Part shown: positions 19,594 through 29,538 of the stretch, piece by piece
Position numbering within the stretch: the stretch's first letter is position 1
Layout of the letters: the number at the start of each line of letters is the position of its first letter
DNA from: Bacteroidales bacterium
Lineage (GTDB): Bacteria; Bacteroidota; Bacteroidia; Bacteroidales; GCA-2711565
Direction: 5' to 3'
NCBI GenBank assembly: GCA_028280405.1
Contig: JANQLW010000082.1
Span: forward strand, 3,727-67,726
Length of the DNA stretch: 64,000 bases
Notes under the pieces: generated by a model
Databases searched by the model: none
The model's input: the letters and a program-made list of their open reading frames with translations, nothing else
Told to the model about the DNA's origin: nothing
Program-made: the position numbers and the translations under genes

Positions 19594-20163
19594 ATGGAAA
19601 AAATATATTTGAAACCAATAGAATATGTTGATTTTGACTTGCAAGAATTAGGAAAATATGATGCCGGCCTTAACTTGTCTTACAATATGATAGCAAATGG
19701 AGCTGATGAATCATGGATTGAGGCAATGATAAAGATGGTTCATACTGACGATAATCTTCCTTTATGCCATGGACTACGAGCTGGAATTGAAGCAGGGAAG
19801 AACGAATTAGAAGAAAAGGAAGAATCCAGAAGGGAAAATCCTTTTATTATACGCTCACAGCTTCAAAAAACAGAAAATCATAAAGAACCGGATGTTGATG
19901 TAGCAAAATTATTAGAGGAAGCCATGCGAGCATCCGGGAGAAATTTTGGTATCAAACTAAATAATTTTAACAGACACAAAATCGTACAAGATATTTCCAA
20001 ATACTTGGAAAATGTTCAGGATAATGAATGGTATCAATCCCTTGCAGAAGCATTGAACATGAGCATAGAGCATCCCGACAAGCTAAAAAGGATAGAGGAA
20101 TTGGATATTATTCTGACAAGCAGACAGTTGGAAAATGAAAATGAGATGGAGAATGAAAGATAA
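19594..20163 (+). CDS. GxxxG-family hypothetical protein
   Basis: GLRAGIEAG motif; tail RIEELDII...ENER. Confidence 0.75.
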   Translation: MEKIYLKPIEYVDFDLQELGKYDAGLNLSYNMIANGADESWIEAMIKMVHTDDNLPLCHGLRAGIEAGKNELEEKEESRRENPFIIRSQLQKTENHKEPDVDVAKLLEEAMRASGRNFGIKLNNFNRHKIVQDISKYLENVQDNEWYQSLAEALNMSIEHPDKLKRIEELDIILTSRQLENENEMENER

Positions 20164-20232
20164 AAGTGTAAGGCTGCCTCTTTCATCAGAGGTAAAAACT
20201 CAATTTATTACTAAACTATAAATCTTAATAAT

Positions 20233-20505
20233 ATGGATAAAAACAAGCAAATCTTAATGATTGAGCGTGACGATCTGGAAGCTTTATTTGAAGAGCTTCT
20301 TAACCAGGTCTCCCCTAAAGAACCGGACAAATGGATTCTTGAGTCAGAAGCCATGAAGCTCCTTGGTATTAAATCGAAAAGCTATTTATGGCAGTTACGA
20401 ACCGAAGGCTGTATTGCCTACACTCAACCATCTCGCAAGCATCTTCTTTATGATCGCGAGAGTATTTTGGAATATTTAGAGAAACATAAAAAAAGCACAT
20501 TCTAA
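20233..20505 (+). CDS. Excisionase-like helix-turn-helix protein
   Basis: WILESEAMKLLGI..LWQLR.EG.I.Y...RKHLLYDRESILEYLE matches HTH_17/Xis pattern of Bacteroidota elements. Confidence 0.8.
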   Translation: MDKNKQILMIERDDLEALFEELLNQVSPKEPDKWILESEAMKLLGIKSKSYLWQLRTEGCIAYTQPSRKHLLYDRESILEYLEKHKKSTF

Positions 20506-20792
20506 TGAAAGCAAACGAAATCAATGAAAAACTAGAACAGGTAAAATTCCGTTCCGGTTATAATATCGGCTGGCGACTTTTTAAATATCAGAATAGTAAA
20601 GTTGTAAAAGCCTTGATGCAAAATATTGCTGAACAAAACAAAGAAGACCAGTTTGCTATTGGGCTTGCCAATGGCTTTGAAGCAGGGCGCTCCAAAGACC
20701 CTTCCAAACGAAATCGTCTTAATGAACTGGATGTAATTTTTGATAAGGATAAAGAAAATCAAAAAGAGCAAGGCAAAGACTTGGAAAGATGA
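20505..20792 (+). CDS. GxxxG-family hypothetical protein
   Basis: FRSGYNIGW, GLANGFEAG; tail RLNELDVI...DLER. Confidence 0.75.
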   Translation: MKANEINEKLEQVKFRSGYNIGWRLFKYQNSKVVKALMQNIAEQNKEDQFAIGLANGFEAGRSKDPSKRNRLNELDVIFDKDKENQKEQGKDLER

Positions 20793-21070
20793 GAAAGAGC
20801 TCAATTTTGATAAATAATAGAAAAGCTTATGGTGAAGGTTTAAAGATCGGAATTGAACTGGCCTTGCAAGGGAAAAATATCAGTTTTAAATCCTTGAACC
20901 CGATTAAAGCCCTTTTTTCTCCCAATTATTTGAAAAGCCATACTGCCGGTGTCCGTGATGGATACCGGCAGGGCTTATGGAGATACGAAAGGGAACGACA
21001 GGAAAAACGGCTTAGGGAACTATCACAGATACAAATCTCGAAAGAGGGGGAACAAGAGCATGAACGATAA
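20789..21070 (+). CDS. GxxxG-family hypothetical protein
   Basis: YGEGLKIG, GVRDGYRQG; tail RLRELSQI...EHER. Confidence 0.75.
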   Translation: MRKSSILINNRKAYGEGLKIGIELALQGKNISFKSLNPIKALFSPNYLKSHTAGVRDGYRQGLWRYERERQEKRLRELSQIQISKEGEQEHER

Positions 21071-21134
21071 GAAAATAACCGCCCATCGATCAATAAGTAT
21101 TGTTAGAAAATAACCTTAAAAAATCATTTTAATT

Positions 21135-21446
21135 ATGGTAAAAAAAGATGTGCAAAATGGTGACGCTATACACCGGAACTTAGATGAAGAAAATTTTATT
21201 GAATTTAGAGCTGGCTGTGACCTTGGATACCGTATGGGATTAACCGGTTGTAATGAATCTACCATAGAGTCTGCGATTTCCCAATCAAACCCCAAAAAGA
21301 AACCTGTTTTATGTTGGGGAATTCGTAAAGGATTTACATCTGCCCTAAGTGATATTAAGGAGTACAAAAAGTTTGAACAGCAAAATACTGTAAAAGCGAT
21401 TTGGGAATCAAGACCGAAAGAAAACGAAAAAGGATTGGAGCGATAA
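21135..21446 (+). CDS. Small GxxxG helical protein (paralog of 19261..19572)
   Basis: Colinear with 19261 ORF; ends KENEKGLER. Confidence 0.75.
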   Translation: MVKKDVQNGDAIHRNLDEENFIEFRAGCDLGYRMGLTGCNESTIESAISQSNPKKKPVLCWGIRKGFTSALSDIKEYKKFEQQNTVKAIWESRPKENEKGLER

Positions 21447-21502
21447 AAAATCTTCGGGAAATAACAAACTTGGTGTATATAGCCCCGCCAACTTTATTTA
21501 TT

Positions 21503-22048
21503 ATGGAAACACAAATTGAATATTTAACCCGTTTAGGCTTGCTTGAGTCCGGCACAAAAGAGCAAATTCAAGAGGCAAAGAAAACCTACCGTAAAATCTA
21601 CCAGAAATGGATAAAAGCACAATATAAATGCACAAAAAGGCGGGTAGAGTTTTCCCTGTCTCGCAGTGAAGAGCAATTCCTGAATCCCAAAGCTGAACAG
21701 CACGGCATGAAGCTTCCTCAATTTATGAAAGATTCGGCACTGTGCTATAACAGGCAGGAATACCTGCTCCCTTCAAATTCTGCAGTTTTTGCCTTGGAAA
21801 CGGGGATTTTACGACAAGGCAACAATATCAACCAAGTCGCTCTCGGAAAAAATATTCATGGGCTTTCGACAGATGATGACATACGTGCTATCCGATATCA
21901 TCTCAATCAACAAGAAAAAATCATTTCCAAAGCCTTTCGGGAACCGGAGAACTTGCTCGACATAGTGGAAGAAAGGTTTTCCAATCCCCATTTTTTACAA
22001 GCACTCAAGCAGCGCATTTTTAATTATGAACGTACACATGTTTGTTAA
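21503..22048 (+). CDS. MobC-like relaxosome accessory protein
   Basis: GNNINQVA motif, RHH-like segment, overlaps relaxase start. Confidence 0.8.
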   Translation: METQIEYLTRLGLLESGTKEQIQEAKKTYRKIYQKWIKAQYKCTKRRVEFSLSRSEEQFLNPKAEQHGMKLPQFMKDSALCYNRQEYLLPSNSAVFALETGILRQGNNINQVALGKNIHGLSTDDDIRAIRYHLNQQEKIISKAFREPENLLDIVEERFSNPHFLQALKQRIFNYERTHVC

Positions 22049-22916
22049 ATCAGTAAGTATTAAATCGCCGGATTTGTTTTCCAAGGCGGTACACTATGCT
22101 TTAGGAATAGGGAAAGAGGGGCAACCTTCTCCTGTAAAGGTGTTTCACAATGTACATTCGATTGAACCGGATAAAGTGGCGCAAGAAATGCGATTGCACG
22201 ATAAAACCTACCGGAAAAAACGCAAGGGAGGTGTTTGCATCTTTCATGAAATCCTTAGCTTTCACCCGTCCGACAGAGAAAAATTACTCAATAATCCGGC
22301 AATTCTGGAGGATATTGCAACGAAATTTATTTCTCTCAGGGGAGAACGGGCTCAGGTCGTGGCCGGTATTCACACCGACAAAAAACACGTCCATATTCAC
22401 TGTACGTTCGGGGCAGTCGAATATAAATCTTCCAAATCACTCAGGATTAGCAAAGCGAGGTTCAAATCCATTAAGAAAGAGTTGGAATTATACCAAGTCC
22501 AAAAATACCCGGAATTAAAGGCATCGGTCTGCTTTTTGAATAAAAAACAGAAAGAACGAATCTTAAAACAGGAGTTTCCTGATTTGCTTGTTGGCGAAAA
22601 GGAACAACAACTGAAAAAACGAACGGGCAAAAAAACAGATAAAGAAACCGTCAGCGAAATGGTAAAAAACCTCTACCTGGAATCAAAAAGCCAGGATGAT
22701 TTTTTCCACAAAATTATTGAAGCAGGGCTTTCTGTGTACAAATACCGGAACAAAGTCAACGGGGTTTATTATAAAAGTTACCGATATCGATTCCGCACAC
22801 TGTCTTTAACCGATGAACATATCCGGCTTTTGGAAAAGAATTATTCACGTCTGAAAGAACTCGAACAACTTTTTGAAAAGCAACAGCAATCCCGTGAACC
22901 AGAAAAAGAACTTTAA
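22038..22916 (+). CDS. Relaxase (MOBP-like)
   Basis: N-terminal Tyr, HEILSFHP and HTDKKHVHIH three-His motif. Confidence 0.88.
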   Translation: MFVKSVSIKSPDLFSKAVHYALGIGKEGQPSPVKVFHNVHSIEPDKVAQEMRLHDKTYRKKRKGGVCIFHEILSFHPSDREKLLNNPAILEDIATKFISLRGERAQVVAGIHTDKKHVHIHCTFGAVEYKSSKSLRISKARFKSIKKELELYQVQKYPELKASVCFLNKKQKERILKQEFPDLLVGEKEQQLKKRTGKKTDKETVSEMVKNLYLESKSQDDFFHKIIEAGLSVYKYRNKVNGVYYKSYRYRFRTLSLTDEHIRLLEKNYSRLKELEQLFEKQQQSREPEKEL

Positions 22917-22944
22917 TTTCTAACTTATTTTAAACATATTCAAT

Positions 22945-24327
22945 ATGCCACTTATTAATTGGTTATTTAATAGAAACAATACTAACCGAGACCTTCACGG
23001 AAGTGCCCGGTTTTTATCAGGGAAAAAATTAAAAAAACTGGTTTCAAAAAAGTTTGATGGAATTACTTTGAATGGAATATATCGTATTTCTAAGAATTCC
23101 TATCCAAACTGCTGTGTATTGGGGTCTTCCGGCATGGGAAAGTCAAGCGTGTTTCAAATCTGCAACGTTTTTAACCTTGACGGTTCCTCTTCGGCTGTAA
23201 TTACAGACCCTTCTGGAGAGGTCTATAATAAAACCGCCGGTTATCTGAAATCTATAGGATACAAGGTAAAGGTTTTGAACCTCAGTGATATTTCCCAAAC
23301 ATTGCAATATAATCCCCTTTATTCCAATCGTTGTAATTCTTTCAATGATGTCATGAAGATTGCGGAGATTTTAGTCGATACATCGTACAAGAATGATAGC
23401 GGGAGTGGAGATCCTTTTTGGCGGGATTCGGCAAAAAATATCATTAACCTGTGCTTGCGGTGTTTAATACAGCGGGAAGATGAAGTCAGGAATTTGAAGG
23501 AACTTTATAATATGCTGAATATGTTCGGTACGGAACAAAATCAGATCAACCAGTTGATGGTGGATTATTTGGATGATGATAATTTTCGGGAATATAAGAC
23601 TTTTGTAGCTCAAGACTCCAAATTAACCAGTAATATCCTTTCTACTGCAAAAACAGCTTTATCGAAACTAAGCGACCCAAATATTGCCTACACAACACAA
23701 ACAGAAACTCTCCATTTGGAATCCATTCGTTATGAGCCTACGGCAATTTTCATAATTGTGAATGAGTGGGAAGTCAATTTTTACAGTTTCATCCTCTGTA
23801 TTTTTTATCAGCAGTTGTTTTCCTATTGCATGAGTTTTTCCAGTGATGATGATTCTTATTTGCCGGTGTTTTTCTTTTTGGACGAATTCGGGAACAGTGG
23901 GAGGATTCCCAATTTTTCGACGACGATTAGCACCATACGCAAATATCGTTGTTCAATTTCTATCCTTATCCAGGATTTCTTCCAGCTTGTAAATCTGTAC
24001 GGACAGGCTGAGGCTTCTGTAATTTTGAATGGTAGTTGTGGAATACGGATTCTGTTTTCCGGTTTGGGGCTACAAACAACGGAAGAAGTATCGCGGATTT
24101 TAGGAAAAAAGACTGTTGTGTACCGCGATAAAGGGTATTCAAAGCAGCAAGGTTTTTTCCAAAACCGGGAAAGTACAATGGGGCGTTTGCTCATGACCCC
24201 TGATGAAATCAGGACTATGCCCAAAAACGAAATTTTGATACTTTACTCTAATGAAAGGCCATTCAAGCTAAAGACTCTTCCGTGGTACGAAAATCCCGAA
24301 ATGATAAGAAAATCAAAAATTCGTTGA
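22945..24327 (+). CDS. Type IV coupling protein (TraG/VirD4 family)
   Basis: HGSARF, GSSGMGKS, TDPSGE, YNPL, DPFW, FFLDEFGN, LMTPDEI. Confidence 0.92.
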   Translation: MPLINWLFNRNNTNRDLHGSARFLSGKKLKKLVSKKFDGITLNGIYRISKNSYPNCCVLGSSGMGKSSVFQICNVFNLDGSSSAVITDPSGEVYNKTAGYLKSIGYKVKVLNLSDISQTLQYNPLYSNRCNSFNDVMKIAEILVDTSYKNDSGSGDPFWRDSAKNIINLCLRCLIQREDEVRNLKELYNMLNMFGTEQNQINQLMVDYLDDDNFREYKTFVAQDSKLTSNILSTAKTALSKLSDPNIAYTTQTETLHLESIRYEPTAIFIIVNEWEVNFYSFILCIFYQQLFSYCMSFSSDDDSYLPVFFFLDEFGNSGRIPNFSTTISTIRKYRCSISILIQDFFQLVNLYGQAEASVILNGSCGIRILFSGLGLQTTEEVSRILGKKTVVYRDKGYSKQQGFFQNRESTMGRLLMTPDEIRTMPKNEILILYSNERPFKLKTLPWYENPEMIRKSKIR

Positions 24328-24329
24328 TC

Positions 24330-24548
24330 ATGTTTACAGCAATATTATCTCTTTTGTTGGTACTGTTCATATGCGGAATACTTTTCGAGTTAATTTTTGG
24401 AAAAACGTTTTTATTTTCCGGGTCAATCAATACACTCGGATGGGCTTTAGAACAGGTATTACGGCTGCTTTCGGGAATCCTCAAAGTATTTGTGGCCTTA
24501 TTCCGGTGGTTGTGGCGGGTACTTATTTTTGATAAGTACCGACATTAG
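24330..24548 (+). CDS. Small membrane protein
   Basis: Hydrophobic 72-aa ORF starting 2 nt after T4CP stop. Confidence 0.5.
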   Translation: MFTAILSLLLVLFICGILFELIFGKTFLFSGSINTLGWALEQVLRLLSGILKVFVALFRWLWRVLIFDKYRH

Positions 24549-24596
24549 CCCATTCAATGAAAGTTTAATTTTGCCCGTAAGAGCAAATAAGGGGTT

Positions 24597-24672
24597 AAGG
24601 GGATTTCCCCTTGCAAGATGCAATTTATCGGGGACAGTTTTTTCTGTTCACGGGAAATTGCAATCTTGCCCC
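24597..24672 (+). other. Candidate oriT
   Basis: AAGGGG/CCCCTT hairpin, inverted repeat GCAAGATGCAATTT (24613-24626) / AAATTGCAATCTTGC (24655-24669) ending in ATCTTG-C, similar to the RP4-type nic ATCCTG-C. Confidence 0.6.
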
Positions 24673-24678
24673 TTAAGA

Positions 24679-26121
24679 TTATAGCAAACGCTTAGCCATC
24701 AAAGACTGTCTTGGGCATCTAGGAGGAGCTGTATACATATTATCATAAGCAAATAAAGCATCCCGATAACACCATCCTGCATTATGTACACAATCTTCAA
24801 ATTCATTACAATCATAACAAGGACTTCCTATGAAAGCATCAATATGAGGTTGAACCCATTTTACTAATTTGTCACTATTCCAAATATCAATAATATTTTT
24901 CTCCTTAACATTACCAACGTAAAAATCTTCATTAGCAGGCATCTGTTCACAAAGAATTACATTCCCATCTGGGCAAATAGTAAGGCTATTATAACCTCCT
25001 GAACACCTTGATCGATTAGCCCAAGATTCTGGGGAAAAGGGAGTATTAGCACTTCCTTTTTCAGTCTGTATAATAATTTCAGCACCCGGATAATCATCAA
25101 TATTCAAGGCATCATTTATAAGAACTATTTCATTTTTTTGTGAACTATTAAGTAATAACATATTTATATCACGAAAGTGACTATATCCACATTGCACAAA
25201 CTGAAAGAATCTCACACCTAGATCATAATATTTATCTATTATAGGAATAATAGAATTATGGTTAACTCTAGTTAAAACACATTTAATACGAGTTCTAATT
25301 CCTTTATCTAAACAAAGCTTAATATTGTCATCTGCTCTTTTAATATATTCTTTTACTCCTGATAAATAATCAGCAATCTCAGGAACTGTTGAATCTATGC
25401 TTATTTGAAGTGTGCTTGGACCAGCATATCCCTCAAAATTTAATCCCGACTCAATTAATTTGTCAATAATATCAGGTTTAAGCATAGCTTTTGTAGATAA
25501 AAAAACTGGAATATTTGCTTTTAGAACATATGAAATAAGCTTAATTGTCAGATCATCAGCAAAAGGATCAGCACCACTAATCTCTATATTAAAAATTTCA
25601 TTTCTAATTGCTTCATCAATTAATTCAATCCACCTGCTTAAACCAAGTCTTTCTGAATAAGGGATTTGTTTTCTCTCTGCATAGCAGTATACACAGTTTG
25701 TTTCACAAGAAAATCCCACGGATAAACGAATATGAGTTGGTTTATTGAGTCTTCCATTCTTCGGTAGATTATAGTCATGAGGTCGTATAAAATATTTATT
25801 CTCATCAAAAGTAAGTTTCTCATTTTGCGCTGAGTTAATCAGCAATATACTATCATTCCCATTTAATTGCTTAATAGCATTCTGGATAAATTTGTATGCC
25901 AAAGTCTTTGAATCAATATTGAAAACATAACAAATTTCCTTAATAAGGGTACTAACCCTTGCTCCATTATTTAATAATGTTACAAAAATTGCAATAGGAG
26001 GAGGCAATGGTAAAGCTATCGATTCTGTGGTCGAATATTTATATAAAACTAAATAGTCTTTATCATTTCTTAGACACCACCGAGGATTTATTGATATAAT
26101 GTCGGAGTTAGCAAGATTCAT
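24679..26121 (-). CDS. Radical SAM/SPASM peptide maturase
   Basis: CETNCVYC, SGADP, SPASM cysteines (CSGG..CPDG..CEQ..CYDC..C..C..C), N-terminal RRE-like extension. Confidence 0.92.
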   Translation of the reverse strand: MNLANSDIISINPRWCLRNDKDYLVLYKYSTTESIALPLPPPIAIFVTLLNNGARVSTLIKEICYVFNIDSKTLAYKFIQNAIKQLNGNDSILLINSAQNEKLTFDENKYFIRPHDYNLPKNGRLNKPTHIRLSVGFSCETNCVYCYAERKQIPYSERLGLSRWIELIDEAIRNEIFNIEISGADPFADDLTIKLISYVLKANIPVFLSTKAMLKPDIIDKLIESGLNFEGYAGPSTLQISIDSTVPEIADYLSGVKEYIKRADDNIKLCLDKGIRTRIKCVLTRVNHNSIIPIIDKYYDLGVRFFQFVQCGYSHFRDINMLLLNSSQKNEIVLINDALNIDDYPGAEIIIQTEKGSANTPFSPESWANRSRCSGGYNSLTICPDGNVILCEQMPANEDFYVGNVKEKNIIDIWNSDKLVKWVQPHIDAFIGSPCYDCNEFEDCVHNAGWCYRDALFAYDNMYTAPPRCPRQSLMAKRLL

Positions 26122-26216
26122 ATTAAAATTATTACGCCAATAAGCATATAGATGTTTTCTGGTTGATTAGTGGCTTAAAAAAATTGTCTTAAAACATTTT
26201 AACTATTAATGAATAG

Positions 26217-26459
26217 TTACTTCATCCCAGAGTGACAAGATCCACTTGAACATCCTGTTGAACAACCTTCAGGACAATTAGAGGAACACCAACATTCAAG
26301 CACGCAAAGATTTGCTGAATGAAAACAGGAACCTGTTTCATTAATCATGTCTTCTGATAACCTAATATCACTTGAAGAAAAATCTTCAGATAATAATTCT
26401 TGAATCCCATCTTTAACCTTATCTAAGTAATTCAAATGTAATTTTGTTGTTGACTTCAT
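26217..26459 (-). CDS. Cys-rich RiPP precursor
   Basis: Acidic leader then 8 Cys in 31 aa (mostly CxxxC spacing), directly upstream of rSAM. Confidence 0.8.
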   Translation of the reverse strand: MKSTTKLHLNYLDKVKDGIQELLSEDFSSSDIRLSEDMINETGSCFHSANLCVLECWCSSNCPEGCSTGCSSGSCHSGMK

Positions 26460-27063
26460 AACTTCGTTTTTAATATGATGGTACTAATTAACTTTACGGA
26501 GAATATTGATAGTATCCGAAAACCCGATAGCTACGTGTAGAACTTAGGGCTGCCAAGTATTCAAAATCAAATATAAAGAAATCTTTTAACAAATTATAAC
26601 TTTCTGATAAACAATCATCAATTTTCACCCGACATTCAATCCATAAGCATCTAAACACAATATTTTCAGAAGATTCTTCAAATGAAAGTGAAATAAATTT
26701 TGTGATGGATTGAGTGATGGCTTTATGTCGAACACTTTTGAAAATCGTCTGGAAATAAAAGTAACTTTCGAGCGGATTGAAAAACCCCCCTCGGCATTTC
26801 TAAAATAATTGATAATTAAAGAGGTTCGGGAATTTACCCCAGACCCCTTACCTGCAAAATCAAAACACATACTCCAAGCCTGAACTAAAAAGAGAAAATC
26901 AAGGAGGAATCAGAAAGAGCATTCCTTTATTTTTTCTTAGTGAGAGCTTTCTTTGTGCTTTTTATTTTTGCCAATCGGGATGAAACGGGAGTAAGGAAAA
27001 CTTTGATTCCCAAATTTGACATTATGATCCAGAGTGGAAAAATCAAGAAGTTTTCCGGCTTGC

Positions 27064-27882
27064 TTAATTTTTACTTTTGAGTATATGGATTTTGTCAAGC
27101 CAAGATTGACCAAATTGCTTTTTACCTAAAAGCAATAAATAGGCTTCACCTGTGGCGGATATTTTATCGTGATTGTTTTGTATAAAATTCGAAAGTATTT
27201 CCGGCAGATTCTTGACTTTTTTTAAGTTGTTTAATTCACCATCTGTATCGCTATTCTCAAAGTAATTTAGCAATTGAGAAAAAGTAATGTTCAATTTTGT
27301 TCGAAAACAAAATTCATAGTGTGGTGTTTCATTATCATTTATAATACCCAATAAATCGGTAGTACGAACATTGATATCAATTCCTATTTCTTCTTTGACT
27401 TCTCTTGAAATCGCATGAAAAGGGTCTGGCAACCCTTTTTCATTAAAATCACAATTTCTATCCATAAACCCTCCAATAACATGAAACTTCCCCTCGTCAA
27501 GGTCTACTCCTTTTCGTTTATTTAATACGATGTAATTATCACTCGTTATAATGGAGATACTAACAGCAAGAGGGAAAGATTTTTCGCTTTTGCTAAAGTA
27601 ATTAGTAAATTCTTTTGTGCGCGTCACGACATACATCATATAATTAGTGCTGGCGACATTCACTTTTAACCCATTCTTGACTACTTTAGAATTTATGTAT
27701 TGAAACAAGTCTCCGTTAAATAACTGGCCACCTCTATTTTCAACTTTCTTTTTTGATTTCTTCCATTCTTTTTCAATATAATCCTCCTGCGATTTTGTCA
27801 AGTGTGGGAAAAATTTATCTTCATGCTGAATCTCTATTTGATTAGGCTTTAAAGTTTTTTCATGAATTATGCTAAACTTCAT
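27064..27882 (-). CDS. NUDIX hydrolase (NUDT22-like)
   Basis: GGFMD...AISREVKEEIGI Nudix box; N-terminal LFNG motif. Confidence 0.8.
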   Translation of the reverse strand: MKFSIIHEKTLKPNQIEIQHEDKFFPHLTKSQEDYIEKEWKKSKKKVENRGGQLFNGDLFQYINSKVVKNGLKVNVASTNYMMYVVTRTKEFTNYFSKSEKSFPLAVSISIITSDNYIVLNKRKGVDLDEGKFHVIGGFMDRNCDFNEKGLPDPFHAISREVKEEIGIDINVRTTDLLGIINDNETPHYEFCFRTKLNITFSQLLNYFENSDTDGELNNLKKVKNLPEILSNFIQNNHDKISATGEAYLLLLGKKQFGQSWLDKIHILKSKN

Positions 27883-27963
27883 TATTTTTTCGGTTAGTCT
27901 ATTTGGTATTGTATCAACAGAAATAAGGATTTCAAGAATTATTGATAAAGAAAAAGGCCTGGA

Positions 27964-28587
27964 TTAAGTTTCCAGACCTTTTTGCTCACGGAAATCTTTC
28001 GTGGCAAGCCACCAAAATTCAGGGCGGCCCTTATAGCCGATTTCCCAAATAACCCAGCAATAGCGTTGTTTCTTAATAGAGTATCCTGCCTTTTGAGGAT
28101 TACCATATGGATAACAGGTTAAATCATCCAAGGCATAAATGGCTTTTGGAGGCGTATTTTGGAATGCCTTAGTTCGTTTGGCATAGCAAAGTGAATTAAG
28201 ATTTAGAAGCATAGCTACTTTGCCTCCGGTTTGTCGGCAGAAATTTAATGCTTGTTTAATAAACTGATCTCCTAATCCAAAACCATAAGGTGGATTGGTA
28301 ATAATATTTTTTGCCAAAGGCTTTGTTTGTGTTAAAAAATTGACTCCTCCCATGCCGTAGCCACGATCAATAAGGTCGGTGCTCACAACATTGTGTCCTG
28401 CATCTTTTAGGACTTCGGATATATCACCTGTACCACAGGCAGGCTCCCAAATAGAACCCTCAAATGAGGCTTCACTCAACAATGCACGGGTTGCCTCATG
28501 CGGAGTTGGGTAGAACTCAAAGGATGCCCTTTTTGTTTTATGATTAGGAATAAAGAAAGAAGCGTTTCCGGTTTGTGTTTTTATCAT
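27964..28587 (-). CDS. Orphan N6-adenine/N4-cytosine DNA methyltransferase-like protein
   Basis: FYPTP, WEPACGTG (motif I), ITNPPY (motif IV); start moved to ATG 28587. Confidence 0.8.
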   Translation of the reverse strand: MIKTQTGNASFFIPNHKTKRASFEFYPTPHEATRALLSEASFEGSIWEPACGTGDISEVLKDAGHNVVSTDLIDRGYGMGGVNFLTQTKPLAKNIITNPPYGFGLGDQFIKQALNFCRQTGGKVAMLLNLNSLCYAKRTKAFQNTPPKAIYALDDLTCYPYGNPQKAGYSIKKQRYCWVIWEIGYKGRPEFWWLATKDFREQKGLET

Positions 28588-28767
28588 GTTTAGATTGGAT
28601 AAAAAATAAAAACACGCTCTCCCCACCCGAGCCCAAAGAGAAAAAGTCAAGGAGGACACTTCGAGTATTCGGAGGCAAATTCTTGACTTTTTCTCGGTGA
28701 GGGTAATTTGCGTGATTTTTTATTTTTACCAATCGGGATGAATCACAAAAAAAGGAATGAAGGATTC

Positions 28768-29214
28768 TTAAATAAACCCTTCATCAGCAAAGGAAAGATA
28801 AGTTTCGGAGGTTATAATGATATGATCTAAGACAGCCAATTCAAGGAATTCCCCGGCTTGGCATAATTTCTTCGTTAAATTGAAGTCCTGTTCACTGGGT
28901 TTTGTATTTCCTGAAGGATGGTTGTGAGCAAGAATAATACTTGAAGCATTTGATTTAAGGGCAATTTGAAAAACAACTTTGGGGTCAACTACTGTTCCTG
29001 ATAAACCACCGGAAGAAACAATTGAATATCCTAGAACTTTATTTGATCTGTTCAGGCAAAGCACTAAAAATTCTTCCTTGTAATCAATTTGATCCGACCA
29101 AATGGAGGATAGAACATTAAATGCATTCATTGAATTACATATCTTCTTCATCTCAGAGAATTTTTGTTTGTTGTGGTAAGTGATTTTAATCTCAGCTAAA
29201 TTGGAATTATTCAT
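28768..29214 (-). CDS. RadC-like JAB domain protein
   Basis: EEF..L.LNR.N, SSGG.SGTVVDP, HNHPSG..PS..D, LDHII. Confidence 0.92.
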   Translation of the reverse strand: MNNSNLAEIKITYHNKQKFSEMKKICNSMNAFNVLSSIWSDQIDYKEEFLVLCLNRSNKVLGYSIVSSGGLSGTVVDPKVVFQIALKSNASSIILAHNHPSGNTKPSEQDFNLTKKLCQAGEFLELAVLDHIIITSETYLSFADEGFI

Positions 29215-29538
29215 GAAAATCACCCCTGCCCTGGGGATTTATATTGGCAACTGGCTCGCCTGTAATTAAATTTTTGGCAAACCCAAACCGGAATAGAATT
29301 TTTAGAACAAGTATTAGGGTCATCCCGATGAAATCGGGATGAAAGAACCCGAAGGGCAGGAGGTAGCATAGGTTTTTAGATGCTAGCGGATGTGCTTAGA
29401 GAGAAATGTTTTATGAGGTTAACTTGCCAGAAATTTGAGTACTAAGTAAGAGATAGAAAAAAATAGTTTCTTTAGAACCATTACCTGTGCTACAAACCAA
29501 ATCTTCCAAATCATTATTTCCTAAAAAGGGCATTTCCT

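Noticed and set aside
26625-26870. 81-aa minus-strand ORF
   Set aside because: No recognisable motif; lies in hairpin-rich intergenic DNA; possibly a gene remnant but unsupported
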